Assembly: GCA_034520965.1 (NCBI GenBank)
Contig: JAXHMY010000009.1
Span: 192,001-256,000, forward strand
Reading direction: 5' to 3'
DNA: 64,000 bases
Source of the DNA: Spirochaetia bacterium
Lineage (GTDB): Bacteria; Spirochaetota; Spirochaetia; DSM-16054; Sediminispirochaetaceae
The position numbers were made by a program, and so were the translations under genes. Shown piece by piece: positions 40,948 to 49,839 of the stretch (position 1 is its first letter; the number at the start of each line of letters is the position of its first letter). Under the pieces are notes generated by a model. It worked only from the letters and a program-made list of their open reading frames with translations, had not been told where the DNA came from and ran no database searches.

Positions 40948-41830
40948 ATGTGCATGTTATTAATTGGTCGGGATGTTCACCCCGAATATAAGCTTATTGT
41001 TGCTGCGAACCGGGACGAAAAGTATCAACGTCCGACTGCGGCGGCCCACTGGTGGCCGGGAGATCCCGTTGTACTGGCCGGGAGCGATTTGTCCGCCGGC
41101 GGTACCTGGCTCGGCATTACGAAAAGCGGCCGCTTTGCCGCCCTTACTAACTATTGGGGAGATACCGAGCAGAGACCGGATGCGCCCTCGCGGGGCGGCT
41201 TGGTGTCCGGATTCCTGGGCAGCTCCGTGCCTGCGCCGGAGTACTTTCACCAGCGGGTTCCCCGCGAGAGTTTTGGCGGTCCGGCCGGTGGAGAGACCTC
41301 CGGCCTCCGCGACGGGCCGGCCCCTGCCCGCCGCTACAACGGTTTTAATCTGGTAATGGGGAGTGTTGACAGCTTGTGGTATTATTCCAATGTCGACGAG
41401 ACCCCACCCTGTGAAATAGATAGGGGTATTCATGTGCTTAGCAACGACCTGTTTGATGCGCCCTGGCCCAAAGCCCGTACGGCCCATGCAGGGGTGCAAG
41501 AGCTCATCGCCTCGGGCCGGGTGAATCTCCTACAGCCTGCTCGAGCTGCTCAGCTCGGCTGTGGATGAGAAGCGCCAACCGGATCCTTCCATACCGCGCT
41601 CAGCGGCCTTGGAAATTGCCAAAGCTTCCATCAAAATTGAGTTTCCCCGTTTTGGAACCCGCTCTTCGACGGTACTATTGGTGGATAGAGCGAATCGGGT
41701 GCGGTTTGTTGAGAGGACTTTTTATCCTACCAGGGTAAACGATTTCTCGTTTACTTTAACACTTTCCCAGGGCTTCGAGGTACTCGCGCCCCCTCTTGGT
41801 AAGGTCCAAAAGATAGTCACTGCCCTTTAA
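40948..41830 (+). CDS. NRDE/TANGO2 family protein; frameshift at ~41530-41560
   Basis: Starts Met-Cys; 'AANRDE', 'GGTWLG', 'SRGGLV', 'YNGFNL', 'SND...WPK'; second ORF 'FGTRSST'. The 3' end is uncertain. Confidence 0.85.
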
Positions 41831-42778
41831 CGAGACTATTACCAACCCGCGTTTCGCAGCTGCATCGGCTACTTTTTTGAGCTTTGAGTAGCCGTGCTGA
41901 TGGTAATTTATGTCGGCTTTGAGCAAGCGGGTTCCGACATCCTGGAGTTTTGCTTTTTTCCCTTCGCTGGTAATGGTTTTTTCAGCGGCCTCGCGAACAG
42001 CCTTCAGGAAGGCCGCCAGAATAGTAGGAAGGGCCTGTTCCGCCGGTACCCGGGCATGGGCAGTCAGATTCAGCATCAGGTTACGCTCTTTGAAGCGGGT
42101 GTGAACTATATCGCGTCGTTCCGCCTCGGCCAGATAGCTTCTCCAGGAATCAAAACCGAGCCGTTTTTCATCGAAGCGTTCGTTCATCAGGCGCAGACGT
42201 ACATATACGGCTTCGGGAGTTGGGTTCCGCTCTTCATTTTCAATATACAGAATTGCCTCGCGGAGCAAGTTGAAAGACTCCTCCAGGCTGAGAGTGGTTT
42301 TTTCTGCGGATTGAATATCCTCTTCAAGGGGGGCGATAGTTAAATCGCGAAAGTCTTTAAAGTTGTCCGCAAGTCCCAGCAGGTCTTCATCCGCATTTTT
42401 TGAATCGCAGATAATAGTCGTTTCCACATCATGACTGCGGATTTCCCGCAGAGCCGGAGCAAGTTTGGCAGCTCCGCTGATCAGCAGCAGTTTATGGATA
42501 TGGGGGGCTCTGTTGAGCAGATCGAGTATGTGGGATCCCAAAATTACATCGATGTGTTCGCGATAGCCCCGGGGAATATGTATCATTTCAAAGGAATCTT
42601 CAAACAGCTGATGAGCGGTCGATTCAAGACCCTCCCGCGCCCAGTCGCCATATACCCAGGCTTCTGTTACCCGCCCGATCGTATGTGCATACTCCAGTAA
42701 ACCCTTCATAAAGGTGGAGTTGATACTCGGAGTTACGTTTTCTATATCCCATACAATTGCAAGAGCTTCTCGTTTCAT
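41756..42778 (-). CDS. NYN (LabA/PIN-fold) domain protein with C-terminal LOTUS/OST-HTH domains
   Basis: 'IVWDIENV', 'VYGDW', 'LLGLADNF'; LOTUS-like 'FDEKRLGFDSWRSYL' and 'INYHQHGYSKLKKV'. Confidence 0.8.
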   Translation of the reverse strand: MKREALAIVWDIENVTPSINSTFMKGLLEYAHTIGRVTEAWVYGDWAREGLESTAHQLFEDSFEMIHIPRGYREHIDVILGSHILDLLNRAPHIHKLLLISGAAKLAPALREIRSHDVETTIICDSKNADEDLLGLADNFKDFRDLTIAPLEEDIQSAEKTTLSLEESFNLLREAILYIENEERNPTPEAVYVRLRLMNERFDEKRLGFDSWRSYLAEAERRDIVHTRFKERNLMLNLTAHARVPAEQALPTILAAFLKAVREAAEKTITSEGKKAKLQDVGTRLLKADINYHQHGYSKLKKVADAAAKRGLVIVSLKGSDYLLDLTKRGREYLEALGKC

Positions 42779-42835
42779 AGAATAGACCACCTTTTGCTGT
42801 ATTATACCTGTAAAAGGCAACAAAATGCAACAAGA

Positions 42836-44137
42836 TTATTCTATCAAGACCTTGGCTCCGATTTCCTCGAGGTTTTTGAAAAAGTCAGGAAAGGTTACCG
42901 CCGCTGCTGCAGCATCATCAATGGAAATCGGTCCTTCCGCCGCCAGGCCGGCCACCGCCAAGGCCATTATCACCCGGTGGTCCCCGTGTCCTGCCACCTT
43001 TCCGCCCTGCAAGGTGCCGGTACCGTGAATGATCAGGCCGTCCTCAAGCTCTTCGATATTCGCCCCCAGTTTAGAGAGCTCCTGCTTCATTACAGCAATC
43101 CGGTCGGTTTCCTTTTGTCGTGCCTGGGGCACGTTGCCCAGTTCCACCACGGCGTTGCTAAAGCAGGCCGCCACGGCCAAAGCCGGAAGGGCATCAGGAA
43201 TATTGTTTAAGTCGAAGCTGCCCCCCTGCAGGCCGCCCGACAAACCGCCCTGCAGCGCTTTCTGCTCAGCGCCCTCAATCGCAAGTCCGGAGTCAATCTG
43301 TTCTATTTTACAGCCCATCCTCTCCAGCACCGAGACCACTTCCTTATCACCCTGGGTGTCGGTCATATCCAGGCCGTGCAGCTCAATCCGGCTGCCGGTG
43401 ATCGCGGCGGCTACCATAAAAAAGGATGCGGAAGAGAAATCGCCGGGGATGCGGCGGTCGAAAGCCCGGTAGCGCTGGCCTCCGGGAATGGAGAACCTGC
43501 GGTAATCGCTGCGTTTGTAGCTTATCGACTGTGCATCCAGCCAGTCGAGGGTCATATCGATGTAGGGGCGTTCGTAGAGCAGGGGCACCTCGATCTCGGT
43601 GTCCCCGCTGCTTAAGGGGGCGGCCAAGAGCAGGCTGGAAAGGTACTGACTGGTCGGACACTCAATCGAAGTTGAGCCCCCCTGAAGGGGGCCGCGGATG
43701 GTAAAAGGAGCGCAGCCCTCGGAGGCGGACTCCACCGCTACTCCAAGGTCCCGTAACGCATCAAGCAGCGGAGCTGCTGAGCGACGGCAAATCTGCTCAT
43801 CCCCGGTAAAGGTCACCGGGAAATCAGCCAGCGACGCCATTCCGGCCAAAAGATAGAGGCTGGTGCCGGAGTTGCCCACATCGATCGGGGTTGCCGGCGG
43901 ACGCAGCTGCCCTGCAGTGCCCTTGATGCTCCAAAAATCGTTGTGCATATCGATCTCGACTCCCAAAGCTCCGCAGGCGCGCACCGCCGCGAGGGGGTCG
44001 TTTGATTCGAGGGGAAAGCGGAGGGTGCTGGTCCCATCGGCTAAACCGGCGATCAACACCGCTCGGATCGTATGAGATTTAGAGGCGGGAATCGAGACGC
44101 TGCCGCCAACCGCCGAAGGGTATATCGTTTTTTTCAC
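42836..44137 (-). CDS. aroA: 3-phosphoshikimate 1-carboxyvinyltransferase (EPSP synthase)
   Basis: 'PASKSHTIRA', 'DVGNSGTS', 'TSQYLSSLL', 'ARQKETDRI', 'GDHRVIMA', 'TFPDF'; TTGACA-N17-TAAAAT promoter upstream. Confidence 0.96.
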   Translation of the reverse strand: MKKTIYPSAVGGSVSIPASKSHTIRAVLIAGLADGTSTLRFPLESNDPLAAVRACGALGVEIDMHNDFWSIKGTAGQLRPPATPIDVGNSGTSLYLLAGMASLADFPVTFTGDEQICRRSAAPLLDALRDLGVAVESASEGCAPFTIRGPLQGGSTSIECPTSQYLSSLLLAAPLSSGDTEIEVPLLYERPYIDMTLDWLDAQSISYKRSDYRRFSIPGGQRYRAFDRRIPGDFSSASFFMVAAAITGSRIELHGLDMTDTQGDKEVVSVLERMGCKIEQIDSGLAIEGAEQKALQGGLSGGLQGGSFDLNNIPDALPALAVAACFSNAVVELGNVPQARQKETDRIAVMKQELSKLGANIEELEDGLIIHGTGTLQGGKVAGHGDHRVIMALAVAGLAAEGPISIDDAAAAAVTFPDFFKNLEEIGAKVLIE

Positions 44138-44423
44138 TTTCTTACTCCGCTAAATTATTTTACGCCATTTTAGAGCGGAGGGGTCTGCCTGTCAAATGCC
44201 TGTCAATTGGACGTGGGCTTGTCGGCTACAGGCTTGCCTGGGGAGGAGCCGGCGAAGCTGGAAAAACTGCGGTTCACAAAGCTGCGGGCTTTCATATATA
44301 AATATTACTATATAAGTACAGTTTGTACAAGCGGTTTAGCGGGGGCCGCGGGTAGACCTAAGCTCTCGAGCCGGCCTCTGCGCCGCGTCGACCGTCGGTG
44401 CATTTCTCCCACAGACCACCGGT

Positions 44424-45206
44424 CTATTCGTAGCCGTGGAACTGGGGCGGCTTGTCCAGTTCGGCGGAGAACCACTCGGCCAGAGCTGCCATAGGATGAT
44501 CAATTTTTATCACCCGGCGAATAGTGTAGGAGCACCATGCAAACTTGTCCCGGGAAACCGCGGCGGTTCCGCTGCGCCCGGAATGCTGGTAGTTGAAAAA
44601 GCCGGTTATCCCGTCTAGAAAAAGGCGTTTTGCATAGCTGAAGTTTTTTATCTGCTGGGTGCTGGACAGCGACTGCAGGGGGTGGCGGCTGTAGGCGGAG
44701 AACAGGGCGGCGAAATCGGGGTCGTACAGGCGGCTCCAGTGAAAAATCGTCCTTAAAATAGTGGTGTTGCGCCGCTTAAGACCGTGCATCGCCCGAATCC
44801 GGTAGTTGTACATACCGCTGCTGAAAAAGGCCTGCAGCCCCACATACAGGCAGCCCCGCGGGGGCAGGCGTAGGTCAAACCCGGTTTCCCGCACCAACTG
44901 CCGGGGGTCGAAGGGCTTCGGTTTTGGGGGCCCCTGCTGGTGTGAGCCCTGCTGTTCCGAAGCGTGGTGCTGCTGGGGAGGCGGCTGGGGGGCGGCGGTT
45001 TGAGCTCCCACCAAAAGGCGGGCGGTCTCCTGCTCATACACCTGCCGCAGCTCGATGAACTCCTCGCCGGTGCCGCCGGTGGCATCGGGATGGCAGCGCT
45101 TGCTGAGCAGGCGGTAGAAGTGGTCCAGCTCCCGCAGGCTGTAGCTGTTTTGTGCAAGCAGTGAACGCAGTAAATCGGCGGGAGTGGGGGTGGGTCTCTT
45201 TTCCAT
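44424..45206 (-). CDS. Hypothetical protein with N-terminal J-domain-like (HPD) region
   Basis: 'YRLLSKRCHPDATGGTGEEFIELRQVYE'; Q/P-rich linker; helical C-terminal domain. Confidence 0.7.
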   Translation of the reverse strand: MEKRPTPTPADLLRSLLAQNSYSLRELDHFYRLLSKRCHPDATGGTGEEFIELRQVYEQETARLLVGAQTAAPQPPPQQHHASEQQGSHQQGPPKPKPFDPRQLVRETGFDLRLPPRGCLYVGLQAFFSSGMYNYRIRAMHGLKRRNTTILRTIFHWSRLYDPDFAALFSAYSRHPLQSLSSTQQIKNFSYAKRLFLDGITGFFNYQHSGRSGTAAVSRDKFAWCSYTIRRVIKIDHPMAALAEWFSAELDKPPQFHGYE

Positions 45207-45245
45207 ACCTGTAAAAAAGAATAGCATAGAAATCAGGAGGATGGA

Positions 45246-46004
45246 ATGCGCTATTATATTATTACTGGTGCAAGTCGTGGCATTGGAGCAGGCCTTGTCC
45301 GGGCCCTGCTGCAGCCGGGCAACGTGATCTTTGCCCTGGCACGGCACGAGAACCCCGACCTGCTAAAGGCGGCACAGGCTGCCGGGAGTGAACTCTCCTT
45401 TCACCGCATCGATTTATCCGAGAGCCCGGCCATCGAACCGCTGCTCAGCGAGCTGTTCAGCCGGATCGATCTGCAGCATGCCGAGGGAGTGTATCTGGTG
45501 AATAATGCGGGGGTGCTCTCGCCGATCGGTCCGCTGGAGGCCCATTCCCTTAAGGAGGATGAGTTTCATCTGCGGGTGAACCTGCTGGCCCCCATGCGGC
45601 TGACCGCCGGTTTTATAGGGCGAACCCGAGAGTTCCGTGGCCGCAAGGTGGTGGCCAACATCTCCTCCGGTGCCGCCCAGCGGGCCTACTTCGGCTGGAG
45701 CAGCTACTGCAGCGGCAAGGCTGGGTTAGAAATGTTCACCCGGGTTGCGGGGCTCGAGCAGCAGCAGGCGGACTGGCCGGTGGTGGTGTATGCGATCGCA
45801 CCGGGTATTGTGGACACGGAGATGCAGAGCAAAATCCGCAAGGCCGACGATACCCAGTTTCGGGACAAGCCAAAGTTTATTCGCTACCATGAGAAGGGCT
45901 ATCTGGCCTCGCCGGAGGATACCGGACGGGCATTGGCCAAAACCCTGGACGACCCTGAAATTAAAACCGGGGATGTACTCGATATTCGTGACCGGGTAAA
46001 ATAG
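45246..46004 (+). CDS. SDR oxidoreductase (benzil reductase/sepiapterin reductase-like)
   Basis: 'IITGASRGIG', 'NNAG', 'ISSGAA', 'WSSYCSGK', 'PGIVDTEMQ'. Confidence 0.9.
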   Translation: MRYYIITGASRGIGAGLVRALLQPGNVIFALARHENPDLLKAAQAAGSELSFHRIDLSESPAIEPLLSELFSRIDLQHAEGVYLVNNAGVLSPIGPLEAHSLKEDEFHLRVNLLAPMRLTAGFIGRTREFRGRKVVANISSGAAQRAYFGWSSYCSGKAGLEMFTRVAGLEQQQADWPVVVYAIAPGIVDTEMQSKIRKADDTQFRDKPKFIRYHEKGYLASPEDTGRALAKTLDDPEIKTGDVLDIRDRVK

Positions 46005-46056
46005 CCCCGCAGTCGTAAACCACAGGCGTAAACCACAGACGTAAAAGGAGCTTCAA

Positions 46057-46661
46057 GTGGAGCAGCAAGCCGCATTTTTCATATTTGTCCTGGTAACCAC
46101 CTTTACCCCGGACCCAACAACATCTCATCGGCGAATCTGGCGGCGTCGTACGGATTCGAACCCACCTATCGCTACCGCCTGGGCATCTTTGCCGGGGTAG
46201 CATTGCTGATGCTGGTCTTGCGCTTTTCTCTCCGGCAGCGTGATGCAGTACTTTCCGGCGGCGGAGACCTACCTGCGCTACCTGGGGGCAGCCTATATCG
46301 TGTACCTGGCGCTGAGCATCCTTAAAACCAGCTATCAGATAGATGAGACCGGCCAGGCGGTGCTGCACATGCCCTTTCTTAAGGGTATCCTGCTGCAGCT
46401 GCTCAATCCGAAGCTGCTGGTTTTTGGTATCACCGTCTATTCAACCTATTTGCTTGGGCGGATAACGGAGGCTTGGATGCTGCCCCTCTGGCGCTGCTGC
46501 TGGCAGCTACCGCCCTTGCTTCTGTGACTCTTTGGGCTCTGGGGGGCGGCGCCGTCGGCCGCTTCGCCTCACGCCGTCCAGTACGCCTGGCGCTGAATGG
46601 AAGCTTATCCTTGCTGCTGCTGTTCTCCGCCTACCAGCTTTCGGGGCTGGGGGGCACCTAA
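46057..46661 (+). CDS. LysE/RhtB family amino-acid exporter; several frameshifts
   Basis: AAGGAG RBS then GTG 46057 'FVLVTTFTP(G)PNN'; 'LRYLGAAYIVYLA', 'GILLQLLNPK'; C-terminal TM segments in a further frame. Confidence 0.8.
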
Positions 46662-47542
46662 TTCAGCTGCCGGCGGGCGAGTTGGGTAAGTTCGGAGTCG
46701 GCGTCCAGTTGAAGGACCATCTGCAGCGCCTGGCGGGCGTTATCCTGCTGCCCCAGCTGCTGAAGGGCGATTGCATAAAGGTAGTATCCTAGCTGTTTAC
46801 GGCTGTCTGTGTTGACCTGGTAGATGTAGTTTTTTAAGTGCTCCGCTGCCAAGGAGTAGTCCCTTGCTTCGAGCTGCAGGCGACCTTTTAACAACAGAAA
46901 TTCTGGGTAGACCGTACTGAACTGATTTGCTGAGTGCTGCTGAGCTATCTGCAAAGCCGGGCCCTTTTGACCGCTGCCGAGATAGGACGCGGATAGGTAG
47001 TACCAGTATTCGCTTTCATCGCTCAGGACAATGGGTTCCACTTCATTTTCCAGGATATCGATGGCCAGAGTAAATTCACCACTGTCATAGGCGGCGCGGG
47101 CTTCATCAAAGCTCATGCTGTCTTCTTCTATCCAGGTGATGCTTGGGTTGCCGTCGGCGACATCTCCGCGGACTCCCATCGCCTGGCTCTGGGATCGAGA
47201 AGCAGCGGAGCCCATTTTGGCTATACGGCCAAACACCGAGGATATTACCCTTGATTCATCCTGCGGCTTCTGTGAGGCAGCCGCCTGGAGACGGTAGCTT
47301 CCCGGCTTTGAGAACAGAAGGGTTGTGCCCGGGCTGCTGAACTCGGCCACGGCCCCTGGGCCAAGGCGGACCGTAGTGTCGGCGGCAAGGCTGTCACCGC
47401 TCATCAACCCTGACCAGCCGCTTTGGGTTTTAACTGACACTTCACCGTTGCTGTAGATAAGCTGAAAATCTTCCGCGGAAAGAGCCTGGCCTGCCAGGAA
47501 CAATACCACTACTACTACTAAAAGGAACAGGTGTTTTCTCAT
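46658..47542 (-). CDS. Exported protein with FecR-like N-terminal region and TPR repeats
   Basis: Signal peptide 'ALSA'; 'NGEVSVK', 'AMGVRG'; TPR-like helices in the C-terminal half. Confidence 0.75.
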   Translation of the reverse strand: MRKHLFLLVVVVVLFLAGQALSAEDFQLIYSNGEVSVKTQSGWSGLMSGDSLAADTTVRLGPGAVAEFSSPGTTLLFSKPGSYRLQAAASQKPQDESRVISSVFGRIAKMGSAASRSQSQAMGVRGDVADGNPSITWIEEDSMSFDEARAAYDSGEFTLAIDILENEVEPIVLSDESEYWYYLSASYLGSGQKGPALQIAQQHSANQFSTVYPEFLLLKGRLQLEARDYSLAAEHLKNYIYQVNTDSRKQLGYYLYAIALQQLGQQDNARQALQMVLQLDADSELTQLARRQLN

Positions 47543-47650
47543 AACGACCTCTCTACTCTAAACTATAGCAGGTATTTCTGAAAAAACAACTCCGCGAGCG
47601 TGTTTACTATGTCAAAAATACAGCCCTCCGAGGCGATCCGGGGGGGGGAT

Positions 47651-47860
47651 TCAGCAGAGGCTGCCGGTGTAGTAGCTGCGGATCGCCCGGCCGGCCGAGC
47701 TGGGCGAGGCCGGCCGGGGGCTGCCCATAGTACCGGCAAATTGGGGCATCTTTGCATATGCATAGGGGCTTTGAGAGCCTTGGTTTTGCCCGGGGGCGCT
47801 GCCGGCATGGGTGGTTGATTGCTTTGTTGCTTGATCGTTTCTCATTCGCGTGTTCTCCAT
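47651..47860 (-). CDS. Small hypothetical protein (69 aa) directly downstream of trpB2
   Basis: TAAGGAG RBS overlapping the trpB2 stop; low-complexity sequence. Confidence 0.45.
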   Translation of the reverse strand: MENTRMRNDQATKQSTTHAGSAPGQNQGSQSPYAYAKMPQFAGTMGSPRPASPSSAGRAIRSYYTGSLC

Positions 47861-47870
47861 AATAATCTCC

Positions 47871-49230
47871 TTATATTTGTGGAAGGGCTAATTCTGCTTT
47901 TCTGACGGCCTCTTCGGGGTACTCGTAGTCTTCCAGACTGCCGCTGAGGTAGGCCTGGTAGCTGGACATGTCGAAGTGTCCATGTCCCGAGAGGCCGAAG
48001 AGGATGACCTTCTGTTGACCGGAGTCGGTGCAGGCCTTGGCGGCGCGGATGGCCGAGGCGATGGCGTGGGCCGATTCAGGGGCGGGGATAATGCCCTCGG
48101 TTTTGGCGAAGAGCATGGCCGCCTCGAAGGTTTCGATTTGCTTGAGGGCCTCGGAGCGGATGACCCCGGCGTGTTTGAGGATCGAAACGATGGGCGAGGC
48201 GCCGTGGTAGCGGAGCCCACCGGCGTGAACGGTAGGGGGGACAAAGTCGTGGCCCAGGGTGTACATGCGGGTCAGGGGGATGTATTTGCCCGAGTCGCCG
48301 TAGTCGAAGGCGTAGAGGCCCTTGCTGAGGGTGGGGCAGGCCAGGGGCTCGGAGGCGATGATGTCGATGTCCCGGCCGTCCATTTTCTCGCGCAGGTAGG
48401 GGATGGCGAGTCCCCCGAAATTGCTGCCCCCTCCGTGACAGCCGATAATTACGTCGGGCTGAATGCCGAGGCTTTCGAGTACCGTTTTGGTTTCGTTGCC
48501 GATAACTGTCTGGTGGAGGAGCACATGGTTGAGCACCGAACCGAGGGCGTAGTTGGTGCCCTCCTCGGCGGCGGCCAGTTCCACGGCCTCGCTAATGGCC
48601 ATGCCCAGGGAGCCGGGGTAGTTGGCTTTGTCCTTGAGGAAGCTGCGGCCGGCCTCGGTATTTTCGGAGGGGCTGGGCTGGACGTCGCCGCCGTAGGTCT
48701 GCATCATGATGCGGCGGGCGGGTTTTTGGTCGTAGCTGGCCCGCACCATAAACACGCGGATGTCCAGTCCGAAGCGCCCGCCGGCAAAGGAGAGGGCGCT
48801 GCCCCACTGGCCGGCGCCGGTTTCGGTGGTAAGCCGGGTGATGCCGGCCTGCTTGTTGTAGTAGGCCTGGGCAAGGGCGGTATTGGGTTTGTGACTGCCC
48901 GTGGGGCTGACTCCTTCGTGCTTGAAAAAGATCTTGGCCGGGGTGCCGAGGGCTTTTTCCAGAAACCGGGCCCGGATAAGGGGGGTGGGCCGGTAGCAGT
49001 GAGTAGGCCTCCATTATATCTTCGGGGATGTCGATTTCCGGTTTTTGGCTGACCTCCTGCTCCAGCAGCGAGTCGGGGAAGATCGACTGCATGGCTTGCA
49101 AGGGCACCGGCGTGCCGTCGGCGGGGTTAAGCATCGGGGCCAGCGGCTCGGGCAAGTCCGGGATGATGTTGGTCCACGTGCGGGGAATGTCTTCTGTGGG
49201 GAGTTGGAAGATTCGTCCGTTTGATTGCAT
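47871..49230 (-). CDS. trpB2: Tryptophan synthase beta-like protein TrpB2 (stand-alone); frameshift at ~49000
   Basis: Corrected frame 'RPTPLIRA...[16 protein letters not shown]', 'TETGAGQWG', '[10 protein letters not shown]', '[10 protein letters not shown]', 'GSVLNHV', 'HAGGLRYHG', 'PAPESAHA', 'LSGHGHFD'; no trpA nearby. Confidence 0.93.
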
Positions 49231-49256
49231 GGTGCTTCTCCTTTGTGTCTTTCCAT

Positions 49257-49290
49257 AAAAAAAGCCCGGTACCTTCACAGGCCCGGGCTT
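49257..49290 (-). terminator. Second intrinsic terminator in the trpB2 leader
   Basis: Minus strand aagcccgg-gcctgtgaaggta-ccgggctt followed by further Us. Confidence 0.7.
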
Positions 49291-49301
49291 GTCATTGCCA
49301 T

Positions 49302-49350
49302 AAAAAACCGCGGGCGGTTACCTCTCATAGACCGAGAGGACCACCCGCGG
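49302..49350 (-). terminator. Attenuator terminator of the trp leader
   Basis: Minus strand ccgcgggtggt-cctctc-ggtctat-gagagg-ta-accgcccgcgg-TTTTTT. Confidence 0.85.
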
Positions 49351-49371
49351 CCTTACCGGAATACGCTTTGT

Positions 49372-49464
49372 CTAGCGGGGTTCGGAACGCGGTGCCTCTC
49401 CGCAATTCCGCCACCACCAGGAGTACATGTGAGAAATGTTATGTACAATTACTCTCTTGTTCAT
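49372..49464 (-). CDS. trpL: Trp leader peptide (30 aa, MNKRVIVHNISHMYSWWWRNCGEAPRSEPR)
   Basis: Three tandem TGG codons; lies between the promoter and the terminator upstream of trpB2; not in the ORF track. Confidence 0.88.
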   Translation of the reverse strand: MNKRVIVHNISHMYSWWWRNCGEAPRSEPR

Positions 49465-49472
49465 TGCGTGTT

Positions 49473-49501
49473 ACTATACATAGATACGGAAGATTTGTCA
49501 A
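49473..49501 (-). promoter_or_regulatory. Sigma70 promoter of trpL-trpB2
   Basis: TTGACA(49501-49496)-N17-TATAGT(49478-49473), 8 nt before the leader ATG. Confidence 0.8.
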
Positions 49502-49530
49502 ACAGTTTTTTTGCATTTTTTTGCTTTGGC

Positions 49531-49577
49531 GGGGCAATGGGGCATGGGGCATGGGGCATGGGGCATGGGGCATGGGG
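49531..49577 (+). repeat. Heptamer tandem repeat (ATGGGGC)5 plus partial units
   Basis: Five exact units at 49537-49571; seven G4 tracts in total. Confidence 0.9.
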
Positions 49578-49839
49578 TGGCGGAGGCTGAATTTGCGGTG
49601 TTGTTGGGTTAGAAAACCCCGTAGCTCGATGCCGTAAGTCAATGTTTTTTAGGCAAAATATTAGTGACTAACAGCATCGAGCTACAGGGGTATGGGAGCG
49701 GTAGCCCGGCACACGCGCTTTGAGCAGTATTGGGTGGGGGCAGGATTTAATAAATATTACAAAAAAAGTAATAAATACCACCCGTTGAGAACTTTTTTCA
49801 TTATATTGAAGTAGTGATAGAGTGGGAGGAGGTGTGATT

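Noticed and set aside
44138..44423. ~285-bp gap upstream of aroA as a possible ncRNA or attenuator
   Set aside because: Only the aroA promoter and a short duplication (gcctgtcaa x2) are recognisable; no leader peptide or terminator seen.
24383..49052. Long antisense ORFs (24383..25363, 27766..29001, 34324..35223, 47976..49052)
   Set aside because: Shadow frames of well-supported genes on the opposite strand; no motifs or RBS.
49390..49405. GAGAGGCACCGCG on the minus strand resembles the T-box consensus GGTGGNACCGCG
   Set aside because: It lacks the UGGN bulge and there is no room for Stem I; the WWW leader peptide explains the region better.
18310..49577. Short repeat arrays (18310, 46014, 49531) as CRISPR candidates
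   Set aside because: Units are 7-13 bp and contiguous, with no unique spacers.
49608..49691. Long hairpin as an integron attC site
   Set aside because: The RYYYAAC...GTTRRRY boxes are not in the required order at the ends; no cassette array or intI.
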